From NCBI RefSeq assembly GCF_036321535.1, contig NC_087436.1, forward strand, positions 92,566,001-92,630,000: 64,000 nucleotides of DNA, in the 5' to 3' direction. The position numbers were made by a program, and so were the translations under genes. Of the stretch, positions 53,111-64,000 are shown piece after piece. The notes beneath the pieces were generated by a model. The model did not search any database, had not been told where the DNA came from, and saw nothing but the letters and a program-made list of their open reading frames with translations. Origin of the DNA: Camelus dromedarius. Its lineage: Eukaryota. Positions within the stretch are counted from its first letter, which is position 1. Every line of letters begins with the position of its first letter.

Positions 53111-55759
53111 TCTCAATGACAAGCAGGCAAACCTCTACCCTCAGAGCCCCTGTTGACCCATGTTCAAGGTGTAGTACATATTGTAGCCTGGATCAGGCAA
53201 TAAAGTATTGACCTGCAAAATATTACTTTCCTGAATGCTCACTCTGGCCTAAATAAACAGAAGGAGCCCTGAGGAATTATCCTGCAGGGCTGATTTNNNN
53301 NNNNNNNNNNNNNNNNNNNNNNNNNNNNNNNNNNNNNNNNNNNNNNNNNNNNNNNNNNNNNNNNNNNNNNNNNNNNNNNNNNNNNNNNNNNNNNNNNNNN
53401 NNNNNNNNNNNNNNNNNNNNNNNNNNNNNNNNNNNNNNNNNNNNNNNNNNNNNNNNNNNNNNNNNNNNNNNNNNNNNNNNNNNNCTTTTTCCTTCTGAGT
53501 TATGGCTCAGCAAGCAGACTTGACCGATTACAGTCACTGACAAAAGCTGAGCAGTCCGTGGGCTTGTTTCTATCACCAAAGAAAAGGAACAATATGGCTC
53601 AATTTAGTGCCTATGACCCAGCATAACTAAGCAAATTCTCTTTCCAGCCCAAGCTGAGATTCACCTAAGCTGGGCTGGATTTATGGTGAACAAATGCCAA
53701 AGAGAGCCAGTCATTCTGCGGTGCTTGTTTTGGGCCAAATGGCTTCCAAAAGCCACAAGCAAGGACCCTCTAGAAGTTGAATAAGAAGAAATTTCTTTAA
53801 ATGATACAACTACAGTTCTGGCCTCTGGGGGTCAGGTGCGTTGGGCAAGGCTGTTTTTGGTGGTAAGGAAAGTTCACGAGGTCACTCAGAGCCCCCTACC
53901 CAGTAACCATCTCACAGAGGCAGAAAGACTCAATAACTCTGAGTCCAGGAGGGCTTCTGCTCAGCTGCGGACTTTTAATGACAACATTCATCACGGAGTT
54001 AAGGGTTTCAAGGACAAAGATCTCCTAGAAAAGGCAAGTTTACCTGGTCTGTGGGCAGGTCCAGAGACGGGGGTCTGTTGGGCTCAAGACACAGGACTTC
54101 CTCCCATGAGAGTAAAAATAAATACTTGAGGGAAAGAAACTGCACAAAAGATTTTGACCTTTTTTTACTGCTACAACTTCTGTGTTAAAGAGAGTGGGAA
54201 AAGGTCCAATGAAATCGGCCTCCCAGCCTTTTGCAGAAATAAATAGTGTTTAGGTCCCAAATGGGGTAGCATTTCTGCATCCATCTTCCCTCAGAACTGT
54301 GCTTCCTAAGCTTTGCAGGAGAGGGGCTGGAGGAGACTCATGAATGCCCAGGCTTCTCTAGCTGGAGAAATGTGAAGCAGTGTCAGGGGCCACAAACCTC
54401 ATCTGAAGCCCATTCATGGACCCACCAGACATCCTTGTATTATTGGAACAGAAGTGCCCCCTCTTTGGGGTCAAAACTGAAAGATATTGTCAAGAAGTGA
54501 GTTTACAGAGGGAAAGACAGGGGAGAAGGAGAGAGAGGCATCCTCGGCTTTGTCCTCCTCAAGACCTAGGCCTCCAAGTCCCAGTACAAAGACTCAGCAT
54601 GTGCCAACGACACAGAGGAATGACTTGGACAAGAGGGAAATGGGGAAAATGCCCCCAGAGCTAGTCGACTAGAGCAGCCTCCGATGAGCTCCTGTCACCG
54701 TCCGTGATTCTCCTCCCTCCTCCTGCAATTATAAGTCATTCAACAAGGTTGACGGCTACAAATAACAGCCACAATAGGTACGATGGACGCTGGGAGGAGT
54801 GCTTTTCTGCCATAGACACTCAGAGATGGATATTCTTACTGCTATTTAACAGATGAAGCTACGGACTAGAAGGTTGGAGAAAACTGGCATTTTTCACAAC
54901 CTCTACATTCATTATTTCATAAAATTTGATAGCCCTGAGAGATGTGTATTAACATGCCCATTTTATTGATGAAACTGAATTTAGAGAGTTTAGATATTTT
55001 TTTCCGAGGTCACAGAGGTAGCAAGTGACAGAGCCAGGAGTTGATCCCAGAAGTGGCTGGCTCCTAAAGCCCCCATCTTTCATTCCGCCGCGCCTCCCAG
55101 CTAGGGATGTTCCCATTCCAGAGCACACCTCCAGATCCCCAGTCTTCTTGTGAGGCACCCTCTTGGAATGTCAATTCTCACAGTTGACTATCGGATCATC
55201 AGATCAGCCCTATACTAGCTTACTCAGTCTGTGTAGGCACCCTGTGAGAAGGTATTATTGGCTCTGTTCTGTAACAAGAGAACTAGACTTAAAGAGAGAT
55301 GGGGACTTACTCAAGGTCACACAGCTGGGCTTCTGTCTCCAAAACTTTGTTCTGCTTATCATATCATTTGGCTCCTGCAAGAAATCGAGGAATCCCTTTG
55401 TGCAGTCAGTCTCTTTAATAAGCACAAATCATGCATTTGCCACTGGGGCCTGGTGTTCCAGGCTGGTGCTAGCCTCCACCCCATTCATTCCTGCAGAGCA
55501 ATCCACCCGTTCCAAGCTGCTGACCAAATTAGAATGTGCTGTCTCCATTTTTCTCAGAAGGAGGGACTCAGAAGTTGAGCCTCAGAAAATTAAGCCTTCA
55601 GTGCTGAAGCTATGGCTGCTTTTGTAAAGCTCAGGGGATGTGTCAGATGGCACCAGAAGTTGCAGCTCTTAAAGACAGAGCCACAGTAGGACTTGTACTG
55701 GACTCTTCAAGTCTTCCCTCCAAATGGTGGTTAGGAGAAAAAATTTGACCCCAGGTTAC

Positions 55760-55940
55760 CTGGTGACACCTCTTACAAGCTGGGTCACCTTCAGCGAGTT
55801 ACTTAACCTCTCTGTGCCTCAGCTTTGTCATCTGTACAATGGGACAGATACTTCATAAGGCTGTTAGGACGGCTATAAAAGTTACTCTTTGTAAAGCACT
55901 TGGGGGCTGCAGGGAAAGTGTTGGTTAAATAAAATATGCA
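55760..55940 (+). mobile_element. MIR
   Basis: gagttacttaacctctctgtgcctcagctttgtcatctgtacaatggg. Confidence 0.75.
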
Positions 55941-56930
55941 TCAACCTGGGGCAAGCTGCTTCCACAGCATATCTTTCACTCTTCCAGTATATCAATCTAT
56001 TGTCAAGAACTCTCTGCAGTTCTAGAGAGTTCTAAAGGAAAAAGTCTAGAACTTGGCGCCCACACAAGCAGAGGCTGTGCTCCAATATTCTCAGATGCAG
56101 CCCAGGTGAAGCCCCCCCTTTTCTGGGGGCCAAGCAGTAGATGCAAATCCAGCCCCTCGGGCATCTTCCAAGAGGTTGGTTCATCCCAAGCGCACCCTCG
56201 TGCTCAGCCCCACAAAGCCCAACTTATCTTGAGGGAAAACTGAGGAGACTTAAACCCTGACAAGCTTTGAAGCTGTGGTGTGGTGCACCACACCATGTGC
56301 AGCCCCTGGGGAGGGGGGGTGAGGGCGCAACCTTTCCCAGAAGCCTGGCTTCCTCCCTCCGCACACCTGCTGGCTTTCTGGCTGACAGGCCTGATCCCAA
56401 GCAGGGTCCTGAGCACATCTGGGCAGGAGCGAGCCTCTCCCCACTTCTGCAGGGAAAGGTCACTGCCTTGGAGGAAGAGCTTCGCACCCCGCTCCCGCCC
56501 CAGCCCCCTTGGCTCCCCGTGGAGCATGGGGTCTGCAGGTCCTGAACTGCTTCCAACTGCACTGAAAGCCGTGGGGACAGGAGAGCCGTTCCTGCTTGTG
56601 CATGAGCATCTGAGGCAAAGAAGTTCTTCAAATAGAGTTTGACACCAACCACGAGGGCTTGAACTGAATCTTCTCAGGTGTGACCCCAGGTTGGTACCTG
56701 CCCTCTGAGCAACCTGAGTTCAAGGAAAGAAGAGGGCAAACTGTGACTCCTGTAAACCCTGGGTCTAAAGGGCACGCTTCTCAGACCCCTTCTCCANNNN
56801 NNNNNNNNNNNNNNNNNNNNNNNNNNNNNNNNNNNNNNNNNNNNNNNNNNNNNNNNNNNNNNNNNNNNNNNNNNNNNNNNNNNNNNNNNNNNNNNNNNNN
56901 NNNNNNNNNNNNNNNNNNNNNNNNNNNNNN

Positions 56931-57091
56931 GTCCAGAACTCTTTCAGCATCGAGAACTCTTTTCATCTTCCCCAGCTGAAACTCTGTCCCCATTAAATAA
57001 GTCTCCTTTCTCCCCACCCCCAGCCCCTGGCAATCACCATTCTCCTTTCTGTCCCTTTGAATCTGACTACTCTAATTACATCATATACGTG
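56931..57091 (-). mobile_element. L1MB-type 3' UTR fragment between N-gaps
   Basis: cagaactcttttcatcttccccagctgaaactctgtccccattaaa...cccagcccctggcaatcaccattct. Confidence 0.8.
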
Positions 57092-59859
57092 NNNNNNNNN
57101 NNNNNNNNNNNNNNNNNNNNNNNNNNNNNNNNNNNNNNNNNNNNNNNNNNNNNNNNNNNNNNNNNNNNNNNNNNNNNNNNNNNNNNNNNNNNNNNNNNNN
57201 NNNNNNNNNNNNNNNNNNNNNNNNNNNNNNNNNNNATCNNNNNNNNNNNNNNNNNNNNNNNNNNNNNNNNNNNNNNNNNNNNNNNNNNNNNNNNNNNNNN
57301 NNNNNNNNNNNNNNNNNNNNNNNNNNNNNNNNNNNNNNNNNNNNNNNNNNNNNNNNNNNNNNNNNNNNNNNNNNNNNNNNNNNNNNNNNNNNNNNNNNNN
57401 NNNNNNNNNNNNNNNNNNAGTGACTGCGCCACAGCACACTCCCGGGTTTCTTACACCTCTTCCCTTCCTCGCGTCCTGTGTTCACCTCCCCCTTTGTTAT
57501 CATCTCCATCCCAGACCAACTTCCCCATTACTGCCTTTGAAGAGACAGGAATACGATACAAAGAGAAGAGTTTCTCTGGTCAAATAAATCTAGCTTTGAG
57601 GTCTTTTCCTTAGGAAACTCAAAACCTGCTGTACTTTCTTTTCAGTAAAAGTTCAGGATGACACTGCAGCTAAGATCTCTGCTCATCACCTCTGGATGTA
57701 AATCTGGCACTTACTGACCCTCCCCATGCCTCACTTTTGTAATCTCTAAGATGGGCATAATAAATAGTACCCACCTTCTCATGTTACCATGAGAATTAAT
57801 AAGTTAATGTATTTAAATGTGAAGAACAATAGCTGACAAATAAATAAGTAAACCTTTGTAATAATTTTTCACAGCTCCTAGTATTTTGTTTGAAAGAGAG
57901 TAATTTAGAAGATACACAAAAAGCAGTCTTCAAAGGCAGTGAGTTAAAAAAAAAATTCCAAGAAATATTATGCCATATTTTAGTACTATAAACTACTAGA
58001 ATATAAGCTCCTTGCAGGCGGAGTGGGTTTTGCCTGTTTGCTTGATTTTTTTTTTTTCCTGTCTTGTTCATCAGTTTCAGAGCCGGGAACAGCCAGCCTG
58101 GCATACACAAAAATGTGTCAAATAAACAAACTCTAAGTGTCAGAAACCCAGGCTCCTTAAATGTTTTTCTTAACCCAGAAGTCACATGTCAATGTGAAAC
58201 ATTCATAAAGAGATCTCTGAAACTCTATTCTGTATCCTCAAACACTCGGAAACTTTACACAAAACAGAACACGATTTACAACAGTTAAAATAGGTTGGTT
58301 TTTTAAGACAGAGATTTAGTCTTGTCGCATTATATAGCCAATCAACACCAAGTACTATAAAGGGCTCAAAAGAATACAATCAAGGCTTCGTGCTCATAAG
58401 GAAATTTAATCTGAAGCGATAGGCAAGAGTAAACCCGTGGAATTACGAAGACCACACAAGGCGGCAAATTCTGCCCGAGAGGTGTGAGCAAGGAGAAGGG
58501 AAAGCCCCGGGGTGAGTCTCTTTTTCAGAAAGTTGTGTGCCGAGCACTTTCTCTGCTGTATGTGATGTGACGACTCGCGCCCACAACGGTCCTCTGCTGT
58601 TCCCATTTACAAATGAAAAAATGAGCTCACAGAGGTTAAATAACTCTCCTCGAGTGACACAGCCAGTAGGGAGCACAGCAGGCCTCTGAATCCACGTCAG
58701 CACCACCCAGTGGCCCGTGTCCTGCGTGGTGCTCCCCATGTGAAGGCTGGATGGGGTGAGTTCTGCTGAGCCTGGGAGGAAAGGCCAGGCCCAGCACAAG
58801 CAAAATCATGGGACTCAACCAACGTGAAGGGCTTGTACTGAGAAGCAGAGACCTAGGCTGTCCAGACAGAGGGAGTCATTCGATTGGCACCGACCTTAGA
58901 GTCTGGTGGAATTTAAATATTTCTCTCTCCTTTCAGCCCCAAGCGCTACAACGTGTTTGTAACAATGAAATTCTAGAAGAGCAGAACAGAGAAGAGTAGG
59001 TTGTGAAGGGGAGAAATAGTGCCACTGTTGCAGGCAGTGGCAGCCAGGCTGTGAGCACGGCGGAAGGGCGGGCGGTGCGGCAGGTCCGGCAGACGTCAGA
59101 CTGAGCCACGTGGCCCGCCGAGGTCGTCACACAGTCCGCCAGCAGGGCTTCACAAGGAGCTTTTACTCCAGCACTATCCCCTCCCCGACTGATTCTGGGC
59201 TCAGATTACAAAACACAGGCAGCGACAGGCTGGGCCCCTGCGGACTGCTACTTAGGACTCCCTCACTCATCCTTTTGGAGAGAAAAAGTCTGAGGAAAAG
59301 GGAGAAAGTAGCATGAAAACCCACACAGGGATTTCACCCATTCTCCCCTTTCAACGGTTTCCCTTTGGTTCCTTTTCTTTTTTTTTTTTTCCTTTTATTA
59401 CTCTTTTTCTGTTTATGGTGTCTTCCAAACGCTAAGCATCACTTTGCTTCTATGAATTTCAAATGTAAAGGTAAGTTTTATTTTCCTAAGAAGACATACC
59501 AGTGAAAATCTTGAAGGTTCAAATTAAATGTCTAGACGACATTCCAAGTCAGAACTGAATTCGTAGTCTCTGTAGATCTAACTTGGCAAGCGGCCCTTCA
59601 GGAAAGCCCTCACTCCTGCGTCTGGTCCTTCGCTTGTTCCACAAGCATTTATTGAGCATCTACTTTGTGCCAGGCACTGTCTGGGCTCTGGAGGCACAAT
59701 GATGACGTAGCCCTCACTCTTCTGGAATTCAGTTTAATAGGTGAGAGGAAGAAATGAAAAACAGCGACACAAATGCTCTAGAAGGAAAATTTTAAGAGTT
59801 TTGGTAACACATAGGAGAGATTCCTATTTTTATGCAGGAGGCGATGCCAGACTGAAGTA

Positions 59860-60760
59860 TTATTCTCAATTCTTTACCCCTCCCTGTATCCATACTCTTG
59901 TCATGTTTTCATCATGGGTGTCCCTTGGCTTCAGGCTTGACCACGTGACTTGCTTTAGCCAGCAACACATGGGCAGAGTGACAGTATGCTAGTTCTGAGC
60001 GTAGGATTTAAGAAGTGTCACATATTCTCACTTGCCTTCTTGGCCATCTACCATTTTGATGAGAAGAATGGACTGGGGCTCACCCACTGGTCCAAGGAAG
60101 ACGTGAGACACCTGGAGCAGAGCCATGCCTATCAGCTGAATCCCAGCCAGCCCATGGACAGGTGAGCAATAATAAATAATTATTATTTTAAGCACTAAGT
60201 TTTGGAGTGGTTTGTTATGGAACAATATCAAACCCTTGCAGAAACTGGTGCCTCAATAAAGTCCTAAAATGTATGGTCTTAGCTTTGGGCTTAGAAGGCA
60301 GATAGAGGCTGAAAAAATAGCAAAGACACTGTTATCAAGACTAGGAAAGAGTGACCTATACTATGCGATGATAAAACATCTGGTAAAACTGTCACCTGAG
60401 TTAATGTAGAAGATAGAAAATGCATCTAATGACCCTGAGACTTGGGCAAAATGACGGCCAGGCCAACAATGACAACCAGCAGCTGGTTGCTTTCAGCCGC
60501 ACATGATATGGTGCCACTCAGAGAAGTAGTCAGATCCCAAGCAGAATTTAGAGGGCTCACAGAGAGCGCAGAACTAGCTGGGTTGGAAAATAAGACTCTT
60601 TCATTGCCAGACTTCCCAGCCAGTTAAAGATTCTCAAATACCGCACAGCCTGGAGACAAAGATCAAGTCAAGGCTGTGGTCACCAAGATACACCTTGGAA
60701 ACAAGGACCAGTCCTGGGCACTGCCAGTTAAGCCAGGTCCTCAGGGTCATGACCAAACTC
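59860..60760 (+). mobile_element. MLT1I/J-like LTR (about 59860-60235) followed by MLT1 internal sequence
   Basis: ccacgtgacttgctttagcc...ttttaagcactaagttttggagtggtttgtta; then gaaactggtgcc...cctaaaatgtatgg...ctggtaaaactgtcacctg. Confidence 0.65.
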
Positions 60761-60774
60761 TAAAAGAAATAAGG

Positions 60775-60945
60775 TGCCATCCAGGAGAGTGCGCTCAAGC
60801 TTTAGTCTGCTCCAGAGTCACCTGGAAGGCTTGTTAACACAGACACTGGGGCACCAGCCCTAGAGATTCTGAGTCAATGGTTGTGGGGAGGAGCTTAAGA
60901 ACTTGTGTTTGGACTAGGTTCCAAGTGATGCTGATGCTGCACCTT
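60775..60945. mobile_element. MER5A-like MITE
   Basis: gagtcacctggaaggcttgttaacacagac...ccctagagattctgag...ccaagtgatgctgatgctgc. Confidence 0.7.
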
Positions 60946-61201
60946 GGAGTAGCCCTGGGCTAGGAGGAGATCCTTTTGGCTGGACGGCCAGGTTCCTGGA
61001 AAACTTATGCACGGCCCCACAAGCAACCTGATATGCCCAGATTAACAGCAAATATGGAGAAAGACAAACAGACGGAGATACAGAGAGGCATGTCCCAAAT
61101 GATTCCGACACATTGGTGGACCACAAAAAAAACACATTAAAAAAACTCATACAGGTTTTTCCTCAATTTTATTCATTTTATTTTCTTGTTTGTTTATAGT
61201 A

Positions 61202-61213
61202 TGTGTATGTGTG

Positions 61214-61248
<35 letters not shown>
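61202..61248 (+). repeat. Compound (TG)n/(TA)n microsatellite
   Basis: tgtgtatgtgtgtgtgtac followed by about 14 AT units. Confidence 0.95.
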
Positions 61249-62109
61249 GCTGAGAAATTGTGCCCTTAAATGAAGTTAATGAGAATGGAAGGAATTTGGT
61301 CAGAGCCATGTCATTCAATTCTTTGAACGTCTTCTGAAGTAAACGCTAAAATCACAGAGTAACCATTTATCAAAGCTAAATTTAAAAGTTCTGTCAATTG
61401 AAAACCCAATTAAACTCTATTGTAATTTTCTTAAATGCAAAGAATTAGAAACCATCATTTTTGCATAAAGTCTGTACCCAGACATTAGTCATTCACTTTC
61501 TCAGTGGTTGTGACATCTTCTAAACAGACTTTCTTAGGACTTACATGTTAACCACTAATTACACAAATTATACTAATTGCACAAACATTTTCACTGAAGA
61601 ACACCTTGTTTATTCTGACCTACTTAGATTCAGGGAAGTTAAAATATCCATTTCAATATACTACTACCAAGATAATACCTGTTATAAATTATTTTATTAA
61701 CTGTATGTTTTAGTACAATCTTGAATTACTTAAATCCCTAAAACTATGCCTATGGAAATATGTATGGGATAAAATTTTAGTTGGTCTTCTTCTTTTATTT
61801 ATTCATTTAAGAAAATTCATTCCTTTATCTCACCTTTCTACGACAAAAAATGTGCTTTCTTGCCACTTATTTTGTTTGTTGTTTGTTTCCGTTTATTTGT
61901 AAAACTGAGAAAAATTTTGAGAGAATCATTGGCAAAGGTATTCCTAACCTTGACTAAAATGGACTTGACTGTTTGAAATGTGAAAAAAAATGTCTGAGCC
62001 CCCAACTTTTCCCAGGCCAGAAGCATTCCGAGAAATTTGCACAGAGGCAAAGATTTCTTTAAAGACAATATGCCCTTCCAGGAGTGGTCAAAGCAGGTGA
62101 TGGACATGA

Positions 62110-62770
62110 AGGGCTACCATTCTTCCATTTCCATTTTCATGGGGGTAGTTTTGACCCCACTTCTTTATGTCTCCCTTGCCATGGCTTCATCATGGTGTCA
62201 TTTGACTATGAGCTTGACCACGTGACTTGCTATGGGCTGTGTCATGTGGGAAGAAATAGGAGTGTGTTAAATGGAAGTATTTATTTCAGTTATTTTTGTG
62301 ACCAAAGGGGCAGACAGTGGCAGGTTGACTTCTTGGCCCCAGTTCTTTACTCCTCCGTGCATGCACGCATCCACACCCTTGCTAAGGCCTCATCCTGTCT
62401 TTTGACTTTGAGCTTGGCCATGTGATTTTGGACTTTGGTTAACTGCAAGTGTGTGCTAGTGAGCCTAGGCTCTGAGAAATTTCACATTTTTCCACGCATC
62501 TTCTTGTGCCTCTGCCTTTGCCATGAAAACATACACTGGCCACACCACTGGTCCATAGAAGGTGTGAGACATGAGGACTGAGCCACCCCAGCAGATGCAC
62601 AAGACTACAGTGAGAAGCAGAGCAGCCCAGCCACTGCAGCCTGAAGCACAACCACCCAGTCCAACCCAGCCTAAGTCAGCTCAACTCCATATGACACACA
62701 GATGCATGATTGTTGTTTTAAGCTACTGGATTCTGGAGTGGCTTGTTACACAGCAAAGGCTATCTGATAC
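62110..62770 (+). mobile_element. Two adjacent old MLT1 (H/J-like) LTR pieces
   Basis: Two starts (ttttgaccccac... and gtggcaggttgac...) each with gagcttg(a/g)cca(c/t)gtga; ends tggcttgttacacagcaaaggctatctgataca. Confidence 0.6.
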
Positions 62771-62829
62771 AATGGGGGTGAGTAACCTTCCTGCAGAAAG
62801 TATCAACTAAGCTGATAGTTCAAATGAGC

Positions 62830-63770
62830 AGAAATGGCAATAAGTATATGAAAAGAGGCTCAACAACACATGTCATTAAGGAAATGCAACTTAAAACAAT
62901 AATGAGATACCACTATGTACTTACTTAATGACTTAAGGCCAAAGCACTGACAGCACCAAATGCTAGTGAGGATGTGAGGCAACAGTAATTTTCATACAGT
63001 GTGAGGGGTGATGTAGAATGGTACTGCTACTTTGGAAGACAGTTTGGAAGTCTCTTACAAAGCTAAACATAGTCTTAACCTACATCCAGCAATTACATTC
63101 CTTGGTGTTTATCCAAGTAAGTTAAAAACTCACATAAACATAAAAATTTGCACACAGATGTTTATAGCAGCTTTTTCCATAACTGCCCAAATGTGGAAGC
63201 AACCAAGATGTCCTTCAATATGTGAATGAATAAACAAACTGTTGACAATATTATCAACAATAAATAGAAATGAGATAGCAAGCCATGAACCCTCATGAAG
63301 ACACTTTAAATGCATACTGCTAAGTCAAAGAAGCCAAGCTGAAAAGGCGGGAGGCTGCATGATTCCAACTGTATGATATTCTGGAGACAGCAGAAGGTTC
63401 AGTGGTTGCCAGGGGTCGGGGAAGAGAGGAAGGGATGAAAAGGCAGAGCATAGGGGATGTTTAGGGGAGTGAGAGCAAACAGTATCTGTATGATGCTGTG
63501 ATGGTAGATACATGGCACATTGCATTTGTCAGAACCATAAAACTATATACAACAACAAGGTGAACCCTGCTGTAAATGATGGACTTCAGTTAATAATAAG
63601 GTATCATATTTGGTTAATCAGTGGCAACAAAGGTACCACATTAATATAAGATGTTACTAATAGGTGAAACTGTAGAGGGGGGGGTGGAAAGGAAACATAT
63701 ATATGAGAATCCTTTGTACTTCCTGCTCAATTTTTCTATAAAACTAAAACCGCTTTAAAAAAAAAAAAAA
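62830..63770 (+). mobile_element. L1MC-type ORF2 end and 3' UTR
   Basis: aataagtatatgaaaagaggctcaaca...gtggaagcaaccaagatgtccttcaa...gtaaatgatggacttcagttaataata...ctttgtacttcctgctcaatttttctataaaactaaaac. Confidence 0.85.
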
Positions 63771-64000
63771 GAAGTCTACCAAAAAGCTCTTTTAAAAATT
63801 GAGAGAATAACCCTGAATAGTCTTAAAAAAAAAAAAAAAAAGGCATGGAGAATAGGGCACCTGGAATCAAAGAGTATCACAGGCAAAGGACAGCAGGGAC
63901 CAAGGCTGGTATGAGAGAGAGCATTTCATGGTCTCAAAACTGCATTGAGTGCAATGGGTGAGGGCAGCAGATAAAAACGTGGCTCACTGTACACTGTGTA

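Noticed and set aside
6508-57613. Long ORFs containing X runs
   Set aside because: Artefacts of N-gaps, which contain no stop codons.
12187-61376. Isolated TCF/LEF 7-mers (e.g. about 12187, 37623, 48966, about 61370)
   Set aside because: Their number is compatible with chance; only the clustered site at 45589 is reported.
59860-62770. Possible full two-LTR MLT1 provirus
   Set aside because: The two LTR regions look like different subfamilies, and internal-type sequence is visible only to about 60760.
8000-64000. Other 60-190 aa ORFs across the intergenic region
   Set aside because: They overlap recognisable repeats or have random composition; no splice-linked exon chain or known protein similarity seen.

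Overview
Mammalian genomic DNA, probably a camelid: it carries two copies of a short tRNA-derived SINE that I recognise as Vic-1-like, plus cetartiodactyl-type L1 tails. The only protein-coding gene I can support is SHISA3 on the minus strand. It has two coding exons (4561-4285 and 1301-862), a phase-1 GT-AG intron and 238 aa, with a CpG-island promoter at about 3350-5760 and an AU-rich 3' UTR that appears to run off the left end. The remaining ~58 kb is upstream intergenic DNA full of L1, L2, MIR, MaLR/ERV LTRs, hAT/Tigger MITEs, microsatellites and eight N-gaps. I found no CRISPR array, rRNA gene or true tRNA gene, and I cannot claim a proven new biological system. The best leads are: (i) a SHISA3 5' leader with a G-quadruplex motif and an overlapping stop-start (ATGA) uORF pair, the first uORF in frame with the CDS; (ii) two independent ~330-bp L1-tail insertions sharing the same 5' end to within 1 nt; (iii) an unexplained CpG-retaining ~500-bp block at 20.1-20.6 kb, possibly a retrocopy; (iv) an inverted SINE pair; (v) a solo ERV1-type LTR with intact promoter motifs; (vi) several motif-dense candidate enhancers and a CTCF-like site. 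Repeat subfamily names come from memory of consensus sequences, not from a database search, and their boundaries are approximate unless TSD/TIR positions are given.
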